Of a DNA stretch of 39,856 nucleotides, positions 1 through 8,058 are shown one piece after another; the stretch's first letter is position 1; each line of letters opens with the position of its first letter. The DNA is from a virus. Lineage: Duplodnaviria > Caudoviricetes. Where the stretch lies: the IMG/VR virus record IMGVR_UViG_3300037585_001948, positions 1 to 39,856 of that record. One strand, 5' to 3'. The notes under the pieces are model-generated. The model was not told the origin of the DNA, ran no database searches, and was given only the letters and a program-made list of their open reading frames with translations. The translations under genes were made by a program, and so were the position numbers.

Positions 1-144
1 AAGTTGGGATTGATTGAAGATAAAATTAAGACTGAGGTTAACACCAGGAAGAATGATAAGCATATACAGAACTTAAAAAACAGAAGAGAAAATATACTAA
101 ATAAGTATACTAAATTAAAACAGAAGTTAAATCAATTAAATTAA
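1..144 (+). CDS. 5'-truncated hypothetical protein (C-terminal 47 aa, basic, coiled-coil-like)
   Basis: Frame 1 is open from base 1 (KLGLIEDKIK...KQKLNQLN) to TAA at 142-144, 6 nt before the next ATG. Confidence 0.55.
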   Translation, partial: KLGLIEDKIKTEVNTRKNDKHIQNLKNRRENILNKYTKLKQKLNQLN

Positions 145-150
145 AATTAA

Positions 151-741
151 ATGGCAAAACAAAACAATTATTTTGAAGAGTTGGCTAAAGTCAACATCAA
201 AGATAAGGTAGAGAAAAAAGGAAACTTTGATTATTTATCTTGGGCTAATGCTTGGGCATTCGTTAAATTAAGATATCCCAATGCACAAAGAAATGTTTAT
301 GAGGATCAGGCTACTGGCTTGAACTTTTTTACTGATGGCAGAACTGCTTATGTTAAAGTCGGTATTACTATAAATGATATAGAGCATATCGATTACCTAC
401 CTATAATGGATTTCAGAAACAATTCAATCAGAATAGAAAAGATTACATCTATGGATGTTAACACTGCTATTCAAAGGTCTACTGCTAAGGCAGTGGCAAT
501 GCATGGATTAGGATTGTCTTTATGGGTTGGAGAAGATGTTATAAGTGCTACTGAGAAAAAAATCTCTCAACCAAAGAATGTAACTTATGAGTTACAAGTA
601 GATGATGATAACTGGGATAAGGTATTGAAGTATGTTGTTGCTAACAAAGAGTTAGGTCTGAGTGCTATAGTTAAAAACCTTTCAACTAAATATAAGGTTA
701 CTACTACGGTAAAGAAGGAACTCGGTAAACATTTGAAATAA
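151..741 (+). CDS. Sak3/DUF1071-family single-strand annealing protein
   Basis: EKKGNFDYLSWANAW and TAIQRSTAKAVAMHGLGLSLWVGED motifs; next to exonuclease and SSB genes. Confidence 0.8.
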   Translation: MAKQNNYFEELAKVNIKDKVEKKGNFDYLSWANAWAFVKLRYPNAQRNVYEDQATGLNFFTDGRTAYVKVGITINDIEHIDYLPIMDFRNNSIRIEKITSMDVNTAIQRSTAKAVAMHGLGLSLWVGEDVISATEKKISQPKNVTYELQVDDDNWDKVLKYVVANKELGLSAIVKNLSTKYKVTTTVKKELGKHLK

Positions 742-1478
742 TGATAGAGCCTATAGCACAAGCCTTAGACAAACTAAAGAATGATGAGTTTTATTATGGT
801 AAGTATGGCAAACAATATTTGTCAAACTCTGACATAATATATCTACTTAAAAATCCTACACAATTTAGAGTACCACAACTTACGACAAAGCCAATGATTC
901 AAGGATCTTACTTTCATGCTTGTATGATTGAGCCTGACAAAGTTAAAGATTATCAAATCGTAGATGTTGCATCAAGATCGACTAAAGCCTACAAAGAAAT
1001 GTGTCCAAAAGATGACATACTTTTGTTAAGGCACGAAGCAGAGCACATCGATGCACTGGTCGAGAAGATGAAAGGTAACCTGGAGATGTATGATTTTATT
1101 TATGCAGAGGGCAATGAATATGAAGTGCCCCAAGTAGAGCAAATTATGGGTAATTGGTGGAAAGGTAAAGCTGATATCGTACATTCAGAATATCTTATTG
1201 ACATTAAGACCAGCTCGGACATCGATAAATTTATGTACTCGGCTAAGACCTATAATTATGATAGTCAAGCATATCTGTATCAAAGAATGTTTGGTAAACC
1301 AATGGTGTTCTTTGTTATATGTAAGAACACTACCAGGTTAGGTATATATGATTGCTCTTCTGAATTTCTCAGATCGGGGCAACGAAAAGTAGAACAAGCA
1401 ACAGAAATATATAATAAATTTTTTAGTGATGAGGCTAACGATGATATTAATTCGTACATTCATAGACAAACTCTGTAA
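741..1478 (+). CDS. PD-(D/E)XK exonuclease (RecE/Exo VIII-like, DUF3799-like)
   Basis: LSNSDI...GSYFH N-terminus, KGKADIV...IDIKTS catalytic motif, Y..QAYLY motif; TAATG coupling to the annealase. Confidence 0.8.
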   Translation: MIEPIAQALDKLKNDEFYYGKYGKQYLSNSDIIYLLKNPTQFRVPQLTTKPMIQGSYFHACMIEPDKVKDYQIVDVASRSTKAYKEMCPKDDILLLRHEAEHIDALVEKMKGNLEMYDFIYAEGNEYEVPQVEQIMGNWWKGKADIVHSEYLIDIKTSSDIDKFMYSAKTYNYDSQAYLYQRMFGKPMVFFVICKNTTRLGIYDCSSEFLRSGQRKVEQATEIYNKFFSDEANDDINSYIHRQTL

Positions 1479-1623
1479 GTTATGTCTTAACTTAAAACAG
1501 AGAATCTATGGAAAGAAGATAATACAGATGGAAACTCCAAGCATCTGTGAAAGTAGACAAGAGAAGGATGAAATCATCCTGGCTACTATTGAACACTTGG
1601 AGAGTAATATTAAAATTAGATAA
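1426..1623 (+). CDS. small hypothetical protein (start uncertain)
   Basis: Fills the gap between exonuclease and SSB; stop is 2 nt before the SSB ATG. Confidence 0.45.
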   Translation: MMRLTMILIRTFIDKLCKLCLNLKQRIYGKKIIQMETPSICESRQEKDEIILATIEHLESNIKIR

Positions 1624-1625
1624 TT

Positions 1626-1901
1626 ATGGCAGACAAAGTTTTTGCAGATGGCTTTTCCTTCAAGAGAAGAGAAAATGCTCCCGATTTTGTAATCGGAAAT
1701 TTAAGTGTTAAGGTAGAGGATGCAATTCCTTTTCTTAAAAGTAATGCTCGAAATGGTTGGGTTAACCTAAATGTTTTAACTGCATCTTCAGGTAAACCTT
1801 ATGTGGAGTTAGATCAATTTGTACCTAAACCACAAGGAGAGACTAAAGAGCAACCACAAGCTGTGGCAGAGTCAGACACACGAACTGACTTACCATTTTA
1901 A
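1626..1901 (+). CDS. single-stranded DNA-binding protein (short phage type)
   Basis: Small beta-rich body, flexible linker, acidic tail ending DLPF; located in the recombination module. Confidence 0.7.
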   Translation: MADKVFADGFSFKRRENAPDFVIGNLSVKVEDAIPFLKSNARNGWVNLNVLTASSGKPYVELDQFVPKPQGETKEQPQAVAESDTRTDLPF

Positions 1902-1935
1902 GATTGTTTGGTAGTCGAAAGGCGTGCAATGAATT

Positions 1936-1959
1936 GGGGAGTAATCTCCCCTTTTTTTT
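1936..1959 (+). terminator. intrinsic terminator after SSB
   Basis: GGGGAG-taat-CTCCCC hairpin followed by T8. Confidence 0.85.
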
Positions 1960-1964
1960 GCATC

Positions 1965-2074
1965 TTGTGTTAATTGTGTTATAAAAATTTCACTTTTCAC
2001 ACATCAGAATAAATATTTTTTTAATATTTTTATTCTATATATTTTTTAACATATTTTCAACACAATCAACACAA
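1965..2074. repeat. 16-bp inverted repeat of tandem heptamers around an AT-rich core; candidate replication origin
   Basis: TTGTGTTaaTTGTGTT (1965-1980) versus AACACAAtcAACACAA (2059-2074), 15/16 complementary; internal AGAATAAA/TTTATTCT inverted repeat (2006-2036). Confidence 0.6.
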
Positions 2075-2128
2075 ATAAATATAAAGTATTGATTGTCAGT
2101 AAATTAACTTTAATTAAATCAACACAGA

Positions 2129-4537
2129 ATGAACATAACTATCTTCAAGGATATAAAAGATACCAGTCAGCCTTTCTACAGATCAGTTGATGTTATATTA
2201 CAAAGGATAAAAGATGGATCTTCCAAAGAATTAGTTAAGAAGATAAGAAACACTAAGGACAAGGAACAAAGAAATAAACTAAAACAAAACCTTCCATCTA
2301 TATGTTTTTCTGGAACATTCACTCAACGAAATGACAACTCCCTAAATCAACACAGTGGTTTGATTTGCTTAGACTTTGATGGGTATGGTGCAAATCGAGA
2401 CATGCTCCAGGAAAAAGAAAGACTAACAAAAAATAAATATATCTACTCAGTATTTATATCTCCCAGTGGTAAGGGTTTAAAAGCATTAGTGAAGATTCCT
2501 ACCGATCCTGAACAACATATTAATTATTTTAAAAGTTTAGAAAAGTATTTTAAGTCTCCAAACTTTGACACTACCAGTAAAAATATATCAAGGGTGTGTT
2601 ATGAATCTTATGATCCACTTATATTTATAAATGAAACATCAAGCACTTGGGATAGAATAGAAGAAGAGGAATACACTGAGTATATTAAGCATGTAGATAA
2701 AGCAACGATACCAGTCACTGATGAAAATAAAATTGTAGAGATATTAGTTAAGTGGTGGGAGAAAAAATATCCTATGAATGAAGGGCAAAGAAACCATCAC
2801 ACATATGTATTGGCTGCAGCTTTCAATGATTATGGTATTAATCAAAACTTAGCAGAGTATATTTTAAATCAATATGAGTCAAGAAACTTTGACAGATCTG
2901 AAATTAAAAGAACTATAGATAGTGCATATGCTCAACAACAAAACTTTGGCAAAAAGTATTATGAAGATGAAGATAAAGTAAATCAGATAAGACATAAACT
3001 AAAAAGAGGTGTCTCTAAAAAAGATATAAGAACTCAATTAAAAGAGAAGGAAATAGATGAAGTTACAATAGACAATGTAATCAATAGGATAGAGGAAGAA
3101 CAATCCAATCATAAGTTTTGGACTAAGAATGATAAGGGTACTATAAAAATAGTACACATATTATTTAAACATTTCTTAGAGGAGAATGGCTTTTATAAAT
3201 TTAATCCTGAAGGTAGTAAGAACTATGTATTTGTAAGGGTAACAAACAATCTAATTGACCACACCTCAGAAAAAGAAATCAAAGATTTTATTTTAGAATA
3301 TCTACAAGAGATGGATGACTTATCTATTTATAATTACTTTGCAGAGAACACCAGGTATTTTCGAGAGGAGTTCTTGACCTTGCTTAGTTCTATAGATGTG
3401 TACTTTATAGAAGATGATAAAGACACTGCATATTTATATTATAAAAATGGAGCTGTAAAAATTTCGCATGAGGCTCTAACCATCATAGACTACCTCGATA
3501 TAGGGGGGTATGTATGGAAGGATCATGTCATTGATAGAGTGTTTACAGAGTGTGAGGTACAGGCTTGTGATTATCGTACCTTTATTACAAACATATGTGG
3601 TCAAGATGAAAGTAGAGTCAGATCGATGAAATCTACAATAGGATATCTACTTCATGCTTATAAAAATTTAGCATACTGCCCAGCTACAATCTTAAATGAT
3701 GAGGTTATATCAGACAATCCAGAAGGGGGTACTGGTAAGGGTTTATTTATGAATGGGATATCACAGATGAAGAAGGTAGTCGTAATTGATGGTAAGTCAT
3801 TTAACTTTGAAAGAAGCTTTGCATATCAGTTAGTTAGTGCAGACACACAGATACTATGCTTTGATGATGTAAGCAAACACTTTAACTTTGAAAGATTATT
3901 CTCTGTAGTTACAGAAGGATTAACTCTTGAAAAGAAAAACAAAGATGCAATTAAGATACCATTTGCCAAGAGTCCAAAGGTAGCTATTACAACTAACTAT
4001 GCTATCAAAGGTAAAGGCTCATCCTTCGAAAGAAGAAAGTGGGAGTTAGAATTAGCCCAGTATTATACGAAAGATTTTACTCCATTAAAAGAGTTTGGCA
4101 AGATGATGTTTGGTGAATGGGATGATGAGGAGTGGTGTCAGTTCGATGTGTTTATGATTGAATGTCTTCAACTCTACTTGCAGTATGGATTAATCCAAAG
4201 TGATTTTGTTAACTTGAAGGTTAGAAAATTATCTGCCGAAACATGCCACGAGTTTATTGAATGGTGTGGTGTTGTAGGTGGTACAGTCAACGACAAGTTG
4301 GTGTTAAACACCAAGATATTTCTGAATGATTTGTATTTAGATTTTATAGAAGAGAACCCTGACTTTGCTCCAAAGTCTAAGATGACAGTACCTCGTAGAA
4401 GATTCTACAAATGGTTGTGTGCTTTCGCAGAGTTTAAATGGGAATGTGCACCACAAGAAGGAAGAGATAATCCAGGAAAATGGATTAGATTTATAAGTAA
4501 ACATAAACTGGAAGAACAATCAGACTTCCCATTTTAA
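2129..4537 (+). CDS. primase-helicase (BT4734/VirE-N-like primase domain, PriCT-like region, P-loop helicase)
   Basis: LPSICFSGTF, GLICLDFD, FISPSGKGLK, SRVCYESYDP; EGQRNH; Walker A GGTGKG and Walker B ILCFDD. Confidence 0.8.
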   Translation: MNITIFKDIKDTSQPFYRSVDVILQRIKDGSSKELVKKIRNTKDKEQRNKLKQNLPSICFSGTFTQRNDNSLNQHSGLICLDFDGYGANRDMLQEKERLTKNKYIYSVFISPSGKGLKALVKIPTDPEQHINYFKSLEKYFKSPNFDTTSKNISRVCYESYDPLIFINETSSTWDRIEEEEYTEYIKHVDKATIPVTDENKIVEILVKWWEKKYPMNEGQRNHHTYVLAAAFNDYGINQNLAEYILNQYESRNFDRSEIKRTIDSAYAQQQNFGKKYYEDEDKVNQIRHKLKRGVSKKDIRTQLKEKEIDEVTIDNVINRIEEEQSNHKFWTKNDKGTIKIVHILFKHFLEENGFYKFNPEGSKNYVFVRVTNNLIDHTSEKEIKDFILEYLQEMDDLSIYNYFAENTRYFREEFLTLLSSIDVYFIEDDKDTAYLYYKNGAVKISHEALTIIDYLDIGGYVWKDHVIDRVFTECEVQACDYRTFITNICGQDESRVRSMKSTIGYLLHAYKNLAYCPATILNDEVISDNPEGGTGKGLFMNGISQMKKVVVIDGKSFNFERSFAYQLVSADTQILCFDDVSKHFNFERLFSVVTEGLTLEKKNKDAIKIPFAKSPKVAITTNYAIKGKGSSFERRKWELELAQYYTKDFTPLKEFGKMMFGEWDDEEWCQFDVFMIECLQLYLQYGLIQSDFVNLKVRKLSAETCHEFIEWCGVVGGTVNDKLVLNTKIFLNDLYLDFIEENPDFAPKSKMTVPRRRFYKWLCAFAEFKWECAPQEGRDNPGKWIRFISKHKLEEQSDFPF

Positions 4538-4538
4538 T

Positions 4539-5882
4539 ATGAAATTAAATATATTAGATTTATTTTCAGGTATTGGAGGTTTTAAACTTGGATTTGAAAG
4601 AGCTGGCTATGAATGTGACTCTTATTTTTCTGAGGTAGACCAACATGCTATAGCAATATATAAACATAACTTTAAAAATAGTACATATGTCGGATCAGTT
4701 ACAGATGTTCGAAGAGAACAATTACCAAAAATCGATGTTATCACCTTTGGAAGCCCTTGTCAAGACTTTAGCTTGGCAGGAAAGCGTAGGGGGATGGATG
4801 GCGAAAGATCAAGCCTTATCCTTGAAGCAATTAGGCTCATTCGGGAATGCAGACCAAGAGTTTTTATCTGGGAAAATGTTAAAGGAACTTTCTCCTCAAA
4901 CTCTGGCGAAGACTTTGCGGCAATCCTCCAAGCCTTTACCGACATTGGGGGCTATAGACTTGAATGGCAACTGTGTAATACATCGTGGTTTTTACCCCAA
5001 AACAGAGAGAGAATCTACCTTGTCGGATATTCTGCAGACCCCCCAAGAGATTGGAAAGGAATTTTTCCTATCCAAAAAGATGACACAGTTCCTAATGGAT
5101 CGACAGGGGACAAAGAAGGGGAACTTTCAAGTGGGAGACCTCGATCTGCACGAACAATAACTGCCAGGTATTGGAAGATGGGCTCTTCTGATACTTATGT
5201 AAAGATGGCAGACTATCGAAATGATGAAGGTCTGAGAATAAGAGAAGATGATGAAAGCCCTTGTTTATCTGCAAGAAGACATAGTGAAAAAGATATTAGC
5301 ACTATGCCACCACTGGCTATTTCAGGAGCACTAAGAACTTACCCAAGACAAAAACCTAAAGGAGAAGAAGATAATAGGTCTAAGAGATTAGAAATTAGGG
5401 AAGATGATGTTTCTAATGCAGTAACTACACACCCCTTGGATAGTGTGGTAGTGCCTACACAATTAGGTAATTCTAAAAACTATGGTAATGCTATCAAACA
5501 AGAAGGGGATGATGCTTTTACTATTCGTTCTTCTGAGCCAAATGGAATCATATTAAATGATAATCAACAAGATAAAATGGACAACTTAAAGGTAGATGAA
5601 TCAGTAAGTGGCACACTTACTGGGGCAATAGGAAGAGGAGGATCTTCTTCAGAGTATTTGTCTATGTTAAAAAAATTAGAGAAAACTACTGGTAAAATAA
5701 GAAGATTAACACCTATTGAATGTGAAAGACTACAGGGTTTTCCTGATGATTGGACAAAAATGGGGGATTATAATGGAGAAATAAAAACAGTTAGTAATAC
5801 TCAAAGATATAAGACATGTGGTAATGCAGTGACAGTAGATGTGGTATATGCAGTTGTTCAACAATTAAAAGATATACTTTGA
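4539..5882 (+). CDS. DNA (cytosine-5)-methyltransferase
   Basis: Motif I LDLFSGIGG, IV FGSPCQDFS, VI WENVKG, VIII QNRERIYLVG, IX RRLTPIECERLQGFPD, X YKTCGNAVTV. Confidence 0.95.
   Translation: MKLNILDLFSGIGGFKLGFERAGYECDSYFSEVDQHAIAIYKHNFKNSTYVGSVTDVRREQLPKIDVITFGSPCQDFSLAGKRRGMDGERSSLILEAIRLIRECRPRVFIWENVKGTFSSNSGEDFAAILQAFTDIGGYRLEWQLCNTSWFLPQNRERIYLVGYSADPPRDWKGIFPIQKDDTVPNGSTGDKEGELSSGRPRSARTITARYWKMGSSDTYVKMADYRNDEGLRIREDDESPCLSARRHSEKDISTMPPLAISGALRTYPRQKPKGEEDNRSKRLEIREDDVSNAVTTHPLDSVVVPTQLGNSKNYGNAIKQEGDDAFTIRSSEPNGIILNDNQQDKMDNLKVDESVSGTLTGAIGRGGSSSEYLSMLKKLEKTTGKIRRLTPIECERLQGFPDDWTKMGDYNGEIKTVSNTQRYKTCGNAVTVDVVYAVVQQLKDIL
4687..5160 (+). CDS. nested +1-frame ORF, M.EcoHK31I beta-polypeptide-like
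   Basis: 157 codons open in the +1 frame inside the MTase gene; STLSDILQ...KEFFLSKK overlaps motif VIII of the main frame; region is GC-richer than its surroundings. Confidence 0.65.
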   Translation: MSDQLQMFEENNYQKSMLSPLEALVKTLAWQESVGGWMAKDQALSLKQLGSFGNADQEFLSGKMLKELSPQTLAKTLRQSSKPLPTLGAIDLNGNCVIHRGFYPKTERESTLSDILQTPQEIGKEFFLSKKMTQFLMDRQGTKKGNFQVGDLDLHEQ

Positions 5883-7111
5883 AGCTAAGAGATTACCAAC
5901 AACAGATAGTAAATAAAGGTTTACCTATATTAGAAGATCATAAATTTTTGTATCTTGCTATGGAGGTTCGTACTGGTAAGACAGCTACGAGTTTGAGTAT
6001 GGTGAGCCTTCTGCCAGTCACGAACTGTCTATTTGTTACTAAGAAAAAAGCTATCTCAAGTATTGAGAATGACTATCAACAATTAAACCACACTTATAAT
6101 TTATTAGTAATTAACTACGAGAGTCTTCATAAAGTTCCAAGTGATGTCTCATGGGACGCATTAATTTGTGATGAAGCACACACTTTAGGTGCTTTTCCTA
6201 AAAAAAGTAAGAGGGCGAGACAGATTATGGATATATTACTGTCTCATGAGCCATATACCATACTGCTTTCAGGCACTCCTACTCCTGAATCATACAGTCA
6301 GATGTATCATCAAGTGTGTGGAATACGAAACAATCCTTTTAGAAAGTTTAATAACTTCTATGCATTTGCTAAAACATATGTGGATGTACGACAAAGAAAA
6401 ATTAATGGTAATTATATTAATGATTACAGTAAAGGACTTCAATCTATTATAGATATGATGAAGCCATATACTATATCTTATACACAGAAAGAAGCTGGAT
6501 TCAAAGTTCAAACAAATGAGGAAATATTATATGTTGATGTGCCCAGTGATTTAAGAAATATAATTAAAAGACTTAGCACTGATAGAGTTATAGAAGGTAA
6601 GGATCAGGTGGTGTTAGCCGACACAGCAGTGAAGCTGATGTCTAAAACACATCAACTATATTCAGGTACTGTAAAGTTTGAGAGTGGTAAGTCTATGGTA
6701 TTAGATTTAACCAAAGCTAAGTTTATACAAAGTATGTTTAAAAATAAAAAGATTGCTATCTTCTATAAGTTTACTGCAGAGTATGAAGCTATCAAAGATG
6801 TGTTTGGTGAATCAATATGTAACACACTGGAAGAGTTTTGTAACACTGACAAAAGCATTGCTTTACAGATAGTAAGTGGAAGAGAAGGTATAAGTTTAAA
6901 ACAAGCAGTAGCATTAGTATATTATAACATTGACTTTAGTGCTACGAGTTACTGGCAGTCACGAGATAGGATGACTACAAAGGATAGGTTATATAATAAA
7001 GTATATTGGATTTTTTCCAAGGGAGGCATTGAGGATCAGATATACAAAGCAGTAGTTAAGAAGAAGGATTACACGCTAACTCACTTCAAAAAGGATTTAT
7101 TAACTTTGTAG
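5879..7111 (+). CDS. SNF2-like / SF2 DNA helicase
   Basis: LRDYQ Q-motif, MEVRTGKT, ICDEAH, LSGTPTPE, SGREGISL, WQSRDRM. Confidence 0.85.
   Translation: MKLRDYQQQIVNKGLPILEDHKFLYLAMEVRTGKTATSLSMVSLLPVTNCLFVTKKKAISSIENDYQQLNHTYNLLVINYESLHKVPSDVSWDALICDEAHTLGAFPKKSKRARQIMDILLSHEPYTILLSGTPTPESYSQMYHQVCGIRNNPFRKFNNFYAFAKTYVDVRQRKINGNYINDYSKGLQSIIDMMKPYTISYTQKEAGFKVQTNEEILYVDVPSDLRNIIKRLSTDRVIEGKDQVVLADTAVKLMSKTHQLYSGTVKFESGKSMVLDLTKAKFIQSMFKNKKIAIFYKFTAEYEAIKDVFGESICNTLEEFCNTDKSIALQIVSGREGISLKQAVALVYYNIDFSATSYWQSRDRMTTKDRLYNKVYWIFSKGGIEDQIYKAVVKKKDYTLTHFKKDLLTL
7101..7108 (+). promoter_or_regulatory. Bacteroidota sigma-70-type -7 element (TAACTTTG)
   Basis: Matches TAnnTTTG; 4 nt before the ATG at 7113. 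Confidence 0.55.
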
Positions 7112-7112
7112 T

Positions 7113-7475
7113 ATGAGAAAGTATATAATTTTTATGTTGTTGTTTATAGGTTGTTCACCTATATATTACCAAAAGGATATAAAGGTAAGTCATGTCTTAG
7201 CTGTAACAGAAGAAGGTGATACTTTAAAAATTCCTATTGAAGCCATCAAGCCAACAAACATATATCGTATTTATGATAATGTTCATTCCTATCCAAGATA
7301 TTGGAATTATTATCATTGGAATGGTGCTCCAACTTATTCCCCAAGTTGGAATAAACCCAACCCAATACCTAATAATAGTAATTCAAACAATAATTCTCAG
7401 CCAGTTATTAAGCCTGCTCCAAGTGGAGTAAACCCTCCCCCAACCCCAGTTAATCCTGGTAAAAGAGGTAATTAA
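7113..7475 (+). CDS. predicted lipoprotein with aromatic-rich middle and Pro/Asn-rich tail
   Basis: MRKYIIFMLLFIG-C signal peptide with lipobox-like Cys14. Confidence 0.65.
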   Translation: MRKYIIFMLLFIGCSPIYYQKDIKVSHVLAVTEEGDTLKIPIEAIKPTNIYRIYDNVHSYPRYWNYYHWNGAPTYSPSWNKPNPIPNNSNSNNNSQPVIKPAPSGVNPPPTPVNPGKRGN

Positions 7476-7478
7476 AAT

Positions 7479-7718
7479 ATGACAGAGCAGAAGATACAAG
7501 CTAAAAGAATTAAAGAGTTAGAGGATGAAGGGTACTATGTTATTAAATTATTAAAGACCAACAAGAATGGCATACCAGATTTAATAGCTATACCACCAAA
7601 CTGTGATGTTTTGTTTTCTGAAATAAAAAAACCAGAAGGTAAAGTGTCTAAGTTGCAAGAGTATAGATTAAAAGAATTAGACAACCATGGTGTTAGAACA
7701 GAAATATATAAAGGATAG
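7479..7718 (+). CDS. VRR-NUC domain nuclease (Holliday-junction resolvase-like)
   Basis: E..IQ...I..L, GIPDLIA, FSEIKKPEGKVSKLQEYR. Confidence 0.85.
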   Translation: MTEQKIQAKRIKELEDEGYYVIKLLKTNKNGIPDLIAIPPNCDVLFSEIKKPEGKVSKLQEYRLKELDNHGVRTEIYKG

Positions 7719-8058
7719 TGGATATGAAATGGAAGATGATTTTATGGATGCACTTCATATATTACATCCATTGGTTGCTTTTAAAATAGGAAAGTTTATA
7801 GAAGATCATGTAACCGATCTTCCACCAAATGAATTAAGATCCTATGTATTAGGTGGTGTAGTTCATATAGATAATGTGGCACAACCCTTTGCTCTTGAGA
7901 TAGTAAAAGAACCTGGGATGGTTACAACACTAAGTAATTTAATAATGATTACATTAGATGATTACTTAGACTTAATTAATTTAAATAGTTATATCAAATC
8001 AAATGAAAAAAATAGACTCATTAATCAACATCACATCACAACATCTATTGTTGCCTGA
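7687..8058 (+). CDS. hypothetical protein (true start may be downstream)
   Basis: Tiles the operon between VRR-NUC and the DnaA-like gene. Confidence 0.55.
   Translation: MVLEQKYIKDSGYEMEDDFMDALHILHPLVAFKIGKFIEDHVTDLPPNELRSYVLGGVVHIDNVAQPFALEIVKEPGMVTTLSNLIMITLDDYLDLINLNSYIKSNEKNRLINQHHITTSIVA

Noticed and set aside
4539-7718. MTase, helicase and nuclease as a restriction-modification or defence operon
   Set aside because: The SNF2-like helicase and VRR-NUC pair is a routine phage replication module; the MTase is better read as an orphan protective enzyme.
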